In this document: piece by piece, positions 7,498 through 15,799 of the stretch
Layout of the letters: each line of letters opens with the position of its first letter
Position numbering within the stretch: position 1 is the first letter of the stretch
NCBI GenBank assembly: GCA_964536925.1
Contig: CAZHZF010000008.1
Span: 7,479 to 71,478, forward strand
Reading direction: 5' to 3'
Source: an uncultured Dehalococcoidales bacterium
GTDB taxonomy: Bacteria > Chloroflexota > UBA6077 > FW602-bin22
DNA length: 64,000 bases
Notes under the pieces: generated by a model
Databases searched by the model: none
What the model saw: only the letters and a program-made list of their open reading frames with translations
What the model was told of the DNA's origin: nothing
Program-made: the position numbers and the translations under genes

Positions 7498-9405
7498 GTG
7501 ATCGGACAGCGTGTCGAGGGCCCTCGCAGACAGGATACCGAACTCGTTCAGGTCGAGCGCCTGGTCGACACGGTGATCAGCGGCATCATCCGCGCGTGGA
7601 AGCGGATCATCATCACGATCGCGGTGTTCGCTGGTCTGTACCTCATCGCCGCACCGTTCTTCCCTGGTGCGTGGCAGTACGTGCTCTACGGCATGCTGCT
7701 GCTGTTCCAACTCTTCTTCGCGATCATCTTCATGATCGTCCAGTTCGTCGCGCTGTTCTGGTTCCTCGGACGCCCGCGTATGTACTGGATCATGCCCGGT
7801 GAGACGGGCGTCGGATTCAAGGATTACAAGGGCAATCCCGAGGTGCTCGACGTGGCGCGCCGCGTGGTCACGTTGCTGCGTGGTGTGAAGGAGTTCCGCG
7901 AGATGGGTGGCGAGGTCACCCGCGGCGTGCTCCTGATCGGTCCCCCCGGAACGGGTAAGTCCTATCTCGCGCAGTGCATCTCCACCGAGGCGGGTGTCCC
8001 CTTCGGCTACCTCTCCGCGCCGTCCATTCAAGGCATGTTCTGGGGCATGGACGTCCTGCGGGTCTGGGGCCTCTACAACAAGGCGCGGAAGCTGGCGCGG
8101 AAGTACGGCGCCTGCATCCTGTTCCTGGATGAAATCGATGCCATCGGGAAATCGCGCAGCGGCATGGGCGGTATGGGCATGGGGTCGATGGGCGGGCTCA
8201 TGGGCGGAGGAGGCGGCGCGCTCAACGAACTGCTCAACCAGATGGATCCGCTGCCGCGCGACGATAGCCTCAAGGCCAAGTTGCTCCGAAAGCTCGGTCT
8301 GAGGACCACTAAGGCGGTGATCCCGGCCGTCCTCACCATGGGCGCGACGAACATCGCCGAAGTTCTCGATCCTGCTCTGCTGCGCCCCGGCCGGTTCGAC
8401 CGGAAGATCGTTGTCGATTACCCCGACTTCGATGGCCGCAAGGAGATCATCGAGTACTACCTGAGCAAGGTCACTCACGAGGACATGGATCTCGATCGCT
8501 TCTCCAATGACACGATCGGTTACTCGCCCGTAGCGATCAAGCACATCATCAACGAGGCCGTCGTCAACGCCCACTTCAATGGCCGCGACAAGGTCCGCTA
8601 CCTCGACATCACGCGCGCTCGCGAGGTCCACGAGTGGGGTCTGCGTCAGCCAATCAAGAGCCAGACCGTGGAAGAGCGGCGCATGCTGGCTTATCACGAG
8701 GTCGGCCATGCGATCGCGCAGTACTACCTTGGCGCGCTGAACGACGAGCCCTTCGCGAAGGTGACGATCATTCGCCACGGTCAGGCGCTGGGTCTGAGTT
8801 CCGGTCGGCCGACGCACGAACGGCTCGTGCACGACCGACAGTACTTCCTCAACGACATACAGATCTCGCTGGCGAGCCGTGCCGCCGAGGAGCTCTTCTG
8901 CGACTCCGCAACCAATGGCGTCACGTCCGACTTCCGGAGCGCCACCTACCTCGCCGGGCTCTACCTCGGTGTCTGGGGTATGAACGGCACGTTCTACTCC
9001 GGCCTCGCGTTCGGCCAGGTGGTGCCCGATCCGCCCATCAAGCGCGAGATCGACAAGCTGCTCCGCGAACAGTATCGTGCGGTCAAGGACCTTCTCCTGG
9101 AGCACTGGGACGAGTGCGTCGCGGTCGCGGAGACACTACTCGAGCGCCTCGAACTCGATGCCGAAGAGGTCGACATCATCATCAGCGAAGTGCGACGCCG
9201 GTCCCGGGAAGGCGTCCGCATGTTCCGGGTGCCGGCGCTCGATGCCCCCCCGCGCGCGCTGGACTTCGGTGTTCTTCCGCCTCCACCGGACGATATTCCG
9301 CGCATTCCACCGAAGCCGAAGCCCCAGCGCAAGGTGGCGGCCTCGACACCGCGCCCGGAGGGTGTGTCGACGGATTCCAGCACGGGAGCCGCCGCGGGCG
9401 GCTAA
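7498..9405 (+). CDS. Atypical FtsH-like AAA+ / M41 zinc metalloprotease
   Basis: Walker A GPPGTGKS, Walker B ILFLDEID, SRH LDPALLRPGRFDR, HEXXH as HEVGH. Two adjacent TM helices with almost no loop between them. SD GAGGAGG before the GTG start. Confidence 0.85.
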   Translation: MIGQRVEGPRRQDTELVQVERLVDTVISGIIRAWKRIIITIAVFAGLYLIAAPFFPGAWQYVLYGMLLLFQLFFAIIFMIVQFVALFWFLGRPRMYWIMPGETGVGFKDYKGNPEVLDVARRVVTLLRGVKEFREMGGEVTRGVLLIGPPGTGKSYLAQCISTEAGVPFGYLSAPSIQGMFWGMDVLRVWGLYNKARKLARKYGACILFLDEIDAIGKSRSGMGGMGMGSMGGLMGGGGGALNELLNQMDPLPRDDSLKAKLLRKLGLRTTKAVIPAVLTMGATNIAEVLDPALLRPGRFDRKIVVDYPDFDGRKEIIEYYLSKVTHEDMDLDRFSNDTIGYSPVAIKHIINEAVVNAHFNGRDKVRYLDITRAREVHEWGLRQPIKSQTVEERRMLAYHEVGHAIAQYYLGALNDEPFAKVTIIRHGQALGLSSGRPTHERLVHDRQYFLNDIQISLASRAAEELFCDSATNGVTSDFRSATYLAGLYLGVWGMNGTFYSGLAFGQVVPDPPIKREIDKLLREQYRAVKDLLLEHWDECVAVAETLLERLELDAEEVDIIISEVRRRSREGVRMFRVPALDAPPRALDFGVLPPPPDDIPRIPPKPKPQRKVAASTPRPEGVSTDSSTGAAAGG

Positions 9406-9430
9406 GGCGGGGCAGAAGCAGATTCCGTAG

Positions 9431-9468
9431 ATCGGCTCCGGAACATCGAGGGATGTTCCGGAGCCGAT
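9431..9468 (+). terminator. Perfect 17-bp stem / 4-nt loop hairpin after the FtsH-like gene
   Basis: ATCGGCTCCGGAACATC-GAGG-GATGTTCCGGAGCCGAT, 26 nt after the stop. There is no clear U-tract (TTGCTATACT follows). Confidence 0.5.
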
Positions 9469-9489
9469 TGCTATACTCGCCTGCACCCC

Positions 9490-9561
9490 GGGGGCGTAGC
9501 TCAGTGGGAGAGCACTGCGTTCGCATCGCAGGGGTCAGGGGTTCGAATCCCCTCGCCTCCA
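9490..9561 (+). tRNA. tRNA-Ala (anticodon CGC)
   Basis: Hand-folded cloverleaf: acceptor GGGGGCG/CGCCTCC with the G3:U70 Ala identity pair, anticodon loop TTCGCAT, T-loop TTCGAAT. CCA is not encoded. A -10-like TATACT lies at 9472-9477. Confidence 0.95.
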
Positions 9562-9595
9562 CCGAATCCTGGGTGTCTGTCCCGTCGATCCGAGC

Positions 9596-9620
9596 CCGCC
9601 GTCCGACGGGAGGACGGCGG
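9596..9620 (+). terminator. GC-rich 9-bp hairpin downstream of tRNA-Ala
   Basis: CCGCCGTCC-GACGGGA-GGACGGCGG; no U-tract. Confidence 0.3.
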
Positions 9621-9830
9621 CGTGATGGGGCATCACGACCCCGGACTGGCCGTCGCCCGCCCACCATCGGCAACCGTCCCCGAACCGAGGGGTATTGGCG
9701 CGCACCGGCTCACACGACGGCGCGCGTGTAACGTGACCCTGACCGGATCGACCGCGGCTGGGGATAGAAGCGGAGACTCCTCCGCGACGCCGTGTGTGGC
9801 GCGGAGGATCGTCCGCGACGCGCCGGGGCG

Positions 9831-10487
9831 CTACTCTGGCGTCGGTCGAAGGGTGCGCTGACGGATCATCCGATGGACCATCTCTCGATTGTCGCGATAG
9901 AGGTGGAGCGCGGCCGGCGCGACGGAGATCCCAACGATCAGCGCGATGACGGGTAGGAGGAACTTGTCGACCTGCTCCGGCTTCAACATGCTTCCAAACA
10001 GGTAGCCGCCGCCCACCATCGAAACGGTCCAGAACAGCCCGCCACCCACGTTGAAGGCGAGGAATCGCGGGTAGTGCATCTCACCGACACCGGCCACGAT
10101 CGGTGCGAACGTGCGAACGATCGGTACGAAGCGGGCGATCACGATCGTCTTTCCGCCGTGTTTGACATAAAAGGCGTGCGCGCGTTCGATGTTGCGCCGG
10201 TGGAAGAAGAAGGAGTCCTCGCGCTGGAACAGGCGCGGGCCAACCCTCCGGCCGAACGCGTACCCGACGCTGTCCCCACTGATCGCCGCGACTGCGACCA
10301 CCACCATCGTGGTCGTCAGGTCGAAGAATCCCAGAGCCGGCGCCGCCAGGAGGCCGGCCGTGAACAGCAGACTGTCGCCCGGGAGGAAGAAGCCGACGAG
10401 GAGGCCGGATTCCGCGAACACGATCGCGAACAGTCCAACGTAGCCGACCGTGCGGAGGAGCTCCTGAAGATCGACACCCGGCAGCAT
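9831..10487 (-). CDS. DedA-family (VTT domain) membrane protein
   Basis: GYVGLFAIVFAESGLLVGFFLPGDSLLFTAG signature; multiple TM helices. Confidence 0.85.
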   Translation of the reverse strand: MLPGVDLQELLRTVGYVGLFAIVFAESGLLVGFFLPGDSLLFTAGLLAAPALGFFDLTTTMVVVAVAAISGDSVGYAFGRRVGPRLFQREDSFFFHRRNIERAHAFYVKHGGKTIVIARFVPIVRTFAPIVAGVGEMHYPRFLAFNVGGGLFWTVSMVGGGYLFGSMLKPEQVDKFLLPVIALIVGISVAPAALHLYRDNREMVHRMIRQRTLRPTPE

Positions 10488-10909
10488 CAGGCTGGTCGCT
10501 CGGTCAGATGGAAGCGAAGCCCCTCCGTGGTCGCGGGATCCATGTAGATGAGACGGGCGCCCTCAGCGTTGCGGCGCGGTTCGGGCCAGAGACGCCGCAT
10601 CCCCTTACGCTCCAGTTCGGCCAGGCGGGCATCGAGGTCGGCCACGACGTAGCCGACGTGATCGAGGACGAGCAGCGGTCCGGCGCGGAGCGGGGCCACA
10701 TCCGCCGGCTCGATCAATTCGATCTCGGTGCCGCCGATCCGAAGAAAGGCGAGGTGTGCTCCGTCCGGGTTCTGCGTCTCCAGTTTCAATTCGGCCCCAA
10801 ACACCGAGCGGTAGAACGCGATGGCAGCGTGTCGGTCACGCGTCTGGTACCCGATGTGATAGACGTCCTCGAACACCTGTCTCCCCGTGGGCAGCGTGAT
10901 GTCGGCCAA
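10487..10909 (-). CDS. VOC-family (glyoxalase / methylmalonyl-CoA epimerase-like) protein
   Basis: 140 aa with paired beta-alpha-beta-beta-beta modules (HIGYQTRD..., LDHVGYVVADLD). Its stop shares one base with the DedA ATG. Confidence 0.8.
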   Translation of the reverse strand: MADITLPTGRQVFEDVYHIGYQTRDRHAAIAFYRSVFGAELKLETQNPDGAHLAFLRIGGTEIELIEPADVAPLRAGPLLVLDHVGYVVADLDARLAELERKGMRRLWPEPRRNAEGARLIYMDPATTEGLRFHLTERPA

Positions 10910-10958
10910 GGGTAACGAACCAGGCCCACCCTGGTCCCCTTTCTACAATGCGCTCCGC

Positions 10959-11948
10959 GTGCGTATCGCGCTGATCGGCAGTGGTTCCATCGCCGCCGCA
11001 CACGCGCGAGCGCTTCGCCGGATCGGCGAGAGCGACGCGGCGCTGAATCTCCAGCTTGTCGCCGTCGTCGGACGCGAGCAGGCCGGTACGGATCACTTTG
11101 CACGCGAACACGGCATCGATTGGGCGACGACAGAGTTCGATCGCGTTGTCGAATCCGCGGATATCGACGCCACGATCGTCTGCTCCCCCAGCGCGGTCCA
11201 CGCCGAACAGAGCCGGCGCGCGCTCCTCGCCGGCAAGCACGTCCTCTGCGAAATACCCGTGGCGCTGTCTCTGGCCGAGGCCGACGAACTCGCGGCGCTC
11301 GCGGCCGCGCACGGGCGGATCCTGATGGTGTGCCACACACAGCGGTACTACCCGGCGCTGGTCGAAGCGCGACGTCTCATCGCGGAGGGGGCGCTCCACC
11401 CCCACGCCCTGATCGCGCGATACGGCTTCCTGCGTCGCGAGAACGTGAATTGGATGGGGCGCCGCCGCACGTGGACCGATGACCTCATCTGGCATCACGG
11501 TGGCCACGCCGTCGACACCGCGCTATGGCTGCTGGGGCATCCGGTTGCGGCGGTGCGGGTGCTGATCGCCCAGCGGGACGATCGCCTCGGCATCCCACTC
11601 GACTACGGCATCCTCCTGCGAACGGTGCGGGATCAGATCGTCACCATCGCGATGTCCTACAACACGCACATCGCCGTGCACGACTATCTCGTCGTGGGCG
11701 AGGAGCGATCGATCCAGTATGTCGATGGCGAACTGCGCGATGCGTCCGGCACCCTCGTGCCACGCCCTGGCTCAGGCCCCGTGTCCGAACCAATCGTCGA
11801 GCAGGATCACGATTTCCTCCGCGCGGCGTGCGGTCAACGCGCATGTACGCTGGGAGTGGGTGACATCCGGCCGTCGCTGGAGGCGCTCCAGGTCCTCCAG
11901 CAGGAGTTCGACCGCCGGAACGAGGGCCACCACCCGCGCTACCCCTGA
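10959..11948 (+). CDS. Gfo/Idh/MocA-family oxidoreductase
   Basis: Rossmann N-terminus (M)RIALIGSGSIAAAHARAL. Start placed at GTG 10959, 9 nt after a TACAAT box. The track start at 10887 would overlap the divergent VOC gene. Confidence 0.8.
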   Translation: MRIALIGSGSIAAAHARALRRIGESDAALNLQLVAVVGREQAGTDHFAREHGIDWATTEFDRVVESADIDATIVCSPSAVHAEQSRRALLAGKHVLCEIPVALSLAEADELAALAAAHGRILMVCHTQRYYPALVEARRLIAEGALHPHALIARYGFLRRENVNWMGRRRTWTDDLIWHHGGHAVDTALWLLGHPVAAVRVLIAQRDDRLGIPLDYGILLRTVRDQIVTIAMSYNTHIAVHDYLVVGEERSIQYVDGELRDASGTLVPRPGSGPVSEPIVEQDHDFLRAACGQRACTLGVGDIRPSLEALQVLQQEFDRRNEGHHPRYP

Positions 11949-12625
11949 GGGAAGATCGGGTGGGCGCGCAGGTAGTCGCGCACGATCGGTGGCGTTTCCG
12001 CGGCCGCGCCGCGACGGACGCGGGTGGAAGAGAGGGCGCGGAGGCCAGGCTCGAGATCGAGCGGACCGACGAACTCCCGGTACGGCGTGTTCTCCGGCCG
12101 CGCCATCAGGTCATCGATATCGGTGAAGGTGGTGTCCGCGCGCGGGGCGACGAGGATCCGCGCCAGACGGAAAAGGTCTCGCAGCGCCGCGTCGCGATCG
12201 TCGTAGTAGCGTGGATCAAGGATCTGCACGATCTTGTCGAAACCCACGAGAAACGTGAGTCGCGCCGAAGTCACCCGGGTCACGGCCCGGGCGATCTCCA
12301 CGTAGAGGCCGCGATTGAGGAGGAGCACCCCATCATCGGAGTCCGCGGCGAGCCTCCGAAGAAGGTCGAGGCGATCGAGCAGAGGGATGCCCGTCACGAC
12401 CTCTTTGTCTACCGTCCTCGCGGCCAGAACGTAGGCGACCGCGTCGAGTCCGGCAGCTCTGCCGGAACGAGCGAGCCCTACGTGCGCCAGGGTTGGCGGA
12501 TTGAAGGATCCTGGCAGCAGACCGAGATGAGCGACCGGCCGACTGGGTCGCCGAATCCAGTCTGCCTGAGGCGGCAGCGCGGGATTGGCACCCTCCAGGA
12601 CGGCCCTCAGATCCATCGCGCACAC
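11939..12625 (-). CDS. Cytidylyltransferase-fold nucleotidyltransferase (NadD/NMNAT-like)
   Basis: GSFNPPTLAH (H/T-x-G-H class motif) and C-terminal SSTRVRR (ISSTxxR-like). Confidence 0.7.
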   Translation of the reverse strand: MCAMDLRAVLEGANPALPPQADWIRRPSRPVAHLGLLPGSFNPPTLAHVGLARSGRAAGLDAVAYVLAARTVDKEVVTGIPLLDRLDLLRRLAADSDDGVLLLNRGLYVEIARAVTRVTSARLTFLVGFDKIVQILDPRYYDDRDAALRDLFRLARILVAPRADTTFTDIDDLMARPENTPYREFVGPLDLEPGLRALSSTRVRRGAAAETPPIVRDYLRAHPIFPQG

Positions 12626-12670
12626 GTTAGCTGAGTGCCGGCGGGCGATACCCTCTCTAGAATCGACGGT

Positions 12671-14287
12671 ATGACCCGGCGCGTCTTTCTCTCCCTGGCT
12701 GTGGTCGTCTCACTTGTGACGATGGGGTGCGGGGCAATCGTCGGCACCGCGGAACCCGCCACGCCGACGCCGGTGCCCCAGGCCGATGACGCGGGTAAGC
12801 AGACCTATGTCGTCGAGCGCGGCAGCATCTTCGACACGATCAAGGGGCTCGGACGCATCGCCGCTCAGACGGAGACGCCGCTCTACTTCAAGGAGGCCGG
12901 TCGTATTGGCTCGGTCAATGTGGAGATCCTCGATAGTGTGAAGAAGGGCGATCTTCTCGCCCAGCTGGATGCGGGCGATCTTGGCACCCGTATCGAGCGG
13001 GCGCGCATCGAGATCGACATCGCGCAGATCGAGCACGCACGCACCGTGGCGAACTCGGCCTCGGCGAGGTCGGACCTTACCGCGGCCAGCGCGTCGCTCG
13101 TTGGGGCCCAGAACGCACTCACTCGAGCGCGCGTCGAACTGGCGCGCCTCGAAGAAGGCCCGACCGCGGAGCAACTCGATGCGGCCCTCGCCTCGCGCGA
13201 TGGCGCTCTCGCCACGTACCATCGCGCTTCGGCCCATCTCGCGAACCTGCGGGAGAACGCGCCGCGCGAGGCGACCATCTCCGCGGAGCTGGGCGCTGCG
13301 CGCGCCCTTGCCGCTCTCGCGAGGGCCCAGGCCGACTACGACGCGGTGGCGTGGCGCCCGGGGGTTGGCGCATCCGCCGCCGCACTCGCGCTGGCACAGG
13401 CGACCGCGGACAACGACGCGGCACAGGCCGCGCTTCGCATTTCCCGACGCACCTCCGCGGAGGACCTGACCCTGGCCGAACGATCCGCCGAGGCTGCGCT
13501 CGAGGCTTACCGCGCTGCGGAATCGCGACTCGAACAGGTCCGTTCTGGCGCCCGGAGCGAGGATGTCGCGGTGGCGCGGTTGGGGGTTGCGAGAGCCGAG
13601 GCGGCGCTGGCCGATCAACAGGCGGCGTACGAGGCGGCCGCGGCGAACGCCCGAGTCGATACGGCGAGTTTCGACGTGCAGATGGCCGCGAAGCGCCTCG
13701 AAGCGGCCCGTGTACGCCTGCGCGGCCTGGAGGAAGAACTCGAGGCCAAGCGGGTTCGGGCACCGTACGATGGTGTGATCACCTTCATCACCGGCAAACA
13801 AGGCGAGCAGTTCCAGGCGTTCACGCCAATTGCGATCATCTCCAACCCCAACACCCTCGAAGTCTCGGTGGAGTTCGATGGCGCCACACTCGCACGCGTG
13901 AACACGGGACAACAGGCGGTGGTGATGACCGACGCGTTCGGAACCACCGAGATCCGTGGCAGGGTGGTTCGGCTGCCGACGACCGGCGCCGCACCGGTCG
14001 GGCCGCAATCGGCGACGAACCCCCGGGCCATACGCGTGAGTTTTGAGCCGCCGGGTCCGGGGGCTCAGGTCGGCCAGCTGGCGCAGGTGACGGTGGTGAC
14101 GCAGCAGAAGGATGATGTCATCCTCGTTCCGAACTCCGCGGTTCGGCGATTCGGTTCGCGCCGTTACGTTCAGACACTCGTGGACGGCCGTCGGCGGGAT
14201 GTCGATGTCGAGACAGGCCTTGTTACCGAAACGGTGACCGAAGTCACCAAGGGTCTGAGCGCGGGTCAGATCGTCATCGTCCCGTGA
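12671..14287 (+). CDS. HlyD-family periplasmic adaptor lipoprotein with a long coiled coil
   Basis: Start at ATG 12671 gives MTRRVFLSLAVVVSLVTMGCG (lipobox). Lipoyl-like GDLLAQLD, about 300 aa of Ala-rich coiled coil, and beta-barrel YDGVITFI. Confidence 0.8.
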   Translation: MTRRVFLSLAVVVSLVTMGCGAIVGTAEPATPTPVPQADDAGKQTYVVERGSIFDTIKGLGRIAAQTETPLYFKEAGRIGSVNVEILDSVKKGDLLAQLDAGDLGTRIERARIEIDIAQIEHARTVANSASARSDLTAASASLVGAQNALTRARVELARLEEGPTAEQLDAALASRDGALATYHRASAHLANLRENAPREATISAELGAARALAALARAQADYDAVAWRPGVGASAAALALAQATADNDAAQAALRISRRTSAEDLTLAERSAEAALEAYRAAESRLEQVRSGARSEDVAVARLGVARAEAALADQQAAYEAAAANARVDTASFDVQMAAKRLEAARVRLRGLEEELEAKRVRAPYDGVITFITGKQGEQFQAFTPIAIISNPNTLEVSVEFDGATLARVNTGQQAVVMTDAFGTTEIRGRVVRLPTTGAAPVGPQSATNPRAIRVSFEPPGPGAQVGQLAQVTVVTQQKDDVILVPNSAVRRFGSRRYVQTLVDGRRRDVDVETGLVTETVTEVTKGLSAGQIVIVP

Positions 14288-15236
14288 GACCGGGCTGAGC
14301 TCCCGGTATCAGCGGTCGCGCTGCCGGCAGCCTCAGCAGATCGGCGCCGGGCCCAATCCGGTCCTCGACCAGGCCGTCGCGCACGAGCGATTGGAGCGCC
14401 GCCTCGACCGATTGTTCGTCGACGGCCAGGGCGTCGGTCACCCGTGCGATCGCGAACGCCCGGTCGAGCGGCTCAGGAAAACGATCCCGAAGGAGGTCGA
14501 CGATTCGGCCGCGAACCTGCCGGGAGGAGCCGGGGAAGGGTCCCTGGCGGCGGCCGTGTCTGGCACCAGCCTCGATCGTCTCCCCGGTCGCCCAGCGACA
14601 TTCCGGTTGGATCGGGCACACGAGACAACGGGGACGTCGCGGGATGCAGGTCGTCGCGCCGAGGTCCATCAGCGCCTGGTTCCACTCTCGCGCGCGTCCC
14701 GACGGAATGATCGACTGCGCGGCCGCCGCGACCTCGCGGTCCTGGTCCCCCTCCCGGCCAAGGAGCCAACGACCGAGGACGCGGCGCAGGTTGACGTCGA
14801 TCGTCGCCACATCGTGGCCCAGAACAAAGGCACGTATCGCGCTGGCGGTATAGGCTCCCACCCCCGGCAGGCGACGCAGAGCCTCCGGTTCCTCCGGGAG
14901 CGTTCCCCCGCGATCGACCACCGCCCGGGCGAGTTCGCGCAGGCGCAGCGCACGACGGTTGTAACCTAGACCGCGCCAGGCATCGATCGCCTCGCCGGGC
15001 GCCGCCTCGGCCAGCGCGGACCACGTGGGGAATCGATCCACGAACGGCCGCCACTTCTCCGAGACGCGTCGCACTGTGGTCTGCTGCAGCATGAACTCGG
15101 CCACGACGATCGCGTACGGGTCCCGGGTGTGGCGCCAGGGGAGGTCGCGCGCCTCCCGGCCATACCACGCCAGCAGAGCTGTCGTCGCATCCACGGGCAA
15201 ACGATAACCGCGCATCCAGGTTCCCCGGGCGCCCAA
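14274..15236 (-). CDS. mutY: A/G-specific adenine DNA glycosylase MutY
   Basis: LLAWYGREARDLPWR, an HhH-GPD region, and an Fe-S ligand pattern CIPRRPRCLVCPIQPEC. The start may be at the internal ATG 15215. Confidence 0.85.
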   Translation of the reverse strand: MGARGTWMRGYRLPVDATTALLAWYGREARDLPWRHTRDPYAIVVAEFMLQQTTVRRVSEKWRPFVDRFPTWSALAEAAPGEAIDAWRGLGYNRRALRLRELARAVVDRGGTLPEEPEALRRLPGVGAYTASAIRAFVLGHDVATIDVNLRRVLGRWLLGREGDQDREVAAAAQSIIPSGRAREWNQALMDLGATTCIPRRPRCLVCPIQPECRWATGETIEAGARHGRRQGPFPGSSRQVRGRIVDLLRDRFPEPLDRAFAIARVTDALAVDEQSVEAALQSLVRDGLVEDRIGPGADLLRLPAARPLIPGAQPGLTGR

Positions 15237-15300
15237 CTACACTCGCCAGAGGTGCGGTCCGCCACGGATCCCCACGATCGTTATCGGGAGTTGCCGTCAA

Positions 15301-15753
15301 TTGGAACGAACCCTCGTCATCGTCAAGCCCGATGGTGTCCAGCGTGGTCTCGTCGGGGAGGTCCTGCGCCGGTTCGAGACTCGAGGACTACGTGTCGCCG
15401 GCCTGCGCCTCATGCGCATCGACCGCGATCTGGCGGCGCGGCACTACGCGGTTCACCAGGGAAAGTCGTTCTACGACGGCCTCGTCGCGTACATCACCTC
15501 TGGTCCGGTTGCCGTCGCGGCGATCGAGGGGCCGGACGCGATCCAGGTCGTGCGGCGCATGGTCGGCGCGACACGCTCGAACGAGGCCGCGCCAGGAACG
15601 ATCCGCGGCGACTTCGCGCTGACGGTCGGGCGCAACATCATTCACGCGAGCGATGCGGCGGAGACTGCGGCGTTCGAGGTCGGCCTCTACTTCGGTCCGT
15701 CCGATCTCCACGCCTACGAGCGGGCGACCGATCCCTGGGTGTATCCCGCCTGA
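15301..15753 (+). CDS. ndk: Nucleoside-diphosphate kinase
   Basis: (M)ERTLVIVKPDGVQRGLVGEV..., NIIHASD; TTG start. Confidence 0.95.
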   Translation: MERTLVIVKPDGVQRGLVGEVLRRFETRGLRVAGLRLMRIDRDLAARHYAVHQGKSFYDGLVAYITSGPVAVAAIEGPDAIQVVRRMVGATRSNEAAPGTIRGDFALTVGRNIIHASDAAETAAFEVGLYFGPSDLHAYERATDPWVYPA

Positions 15754-15799
15754 GCGTCGCGGTTCTGAGTTCGTCGGTGCCTGGGCGGCTCCGACGGGA

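Noticed and set aside
7444-9105. 553-aa minus-strand ORF across the FtsH-like gene.
   Set aside because: It is a mirror-frame artefact of a high-GC coding region. The plus-strand gene carries all the AAA+/M41 motifs.
9490-9830. Considered tRNA-Ala as the attachment site of an integrated element.
   Set aside because: No integrase, no repeat of the tRNA 3' end and no compositional shift were seen. The downstream genes (dedA, VOC) look like ordinary core genes.
12710-14008. 432-aa minus-strand ORF, with several nested ORFs, opposite the HlyD lipoprotein gene.
   Set aside because: It is antisense to a gene with a clear lipoprotein signal and adaptor motifs. The Ala-rich coiled coil keeps the mirror frames open.
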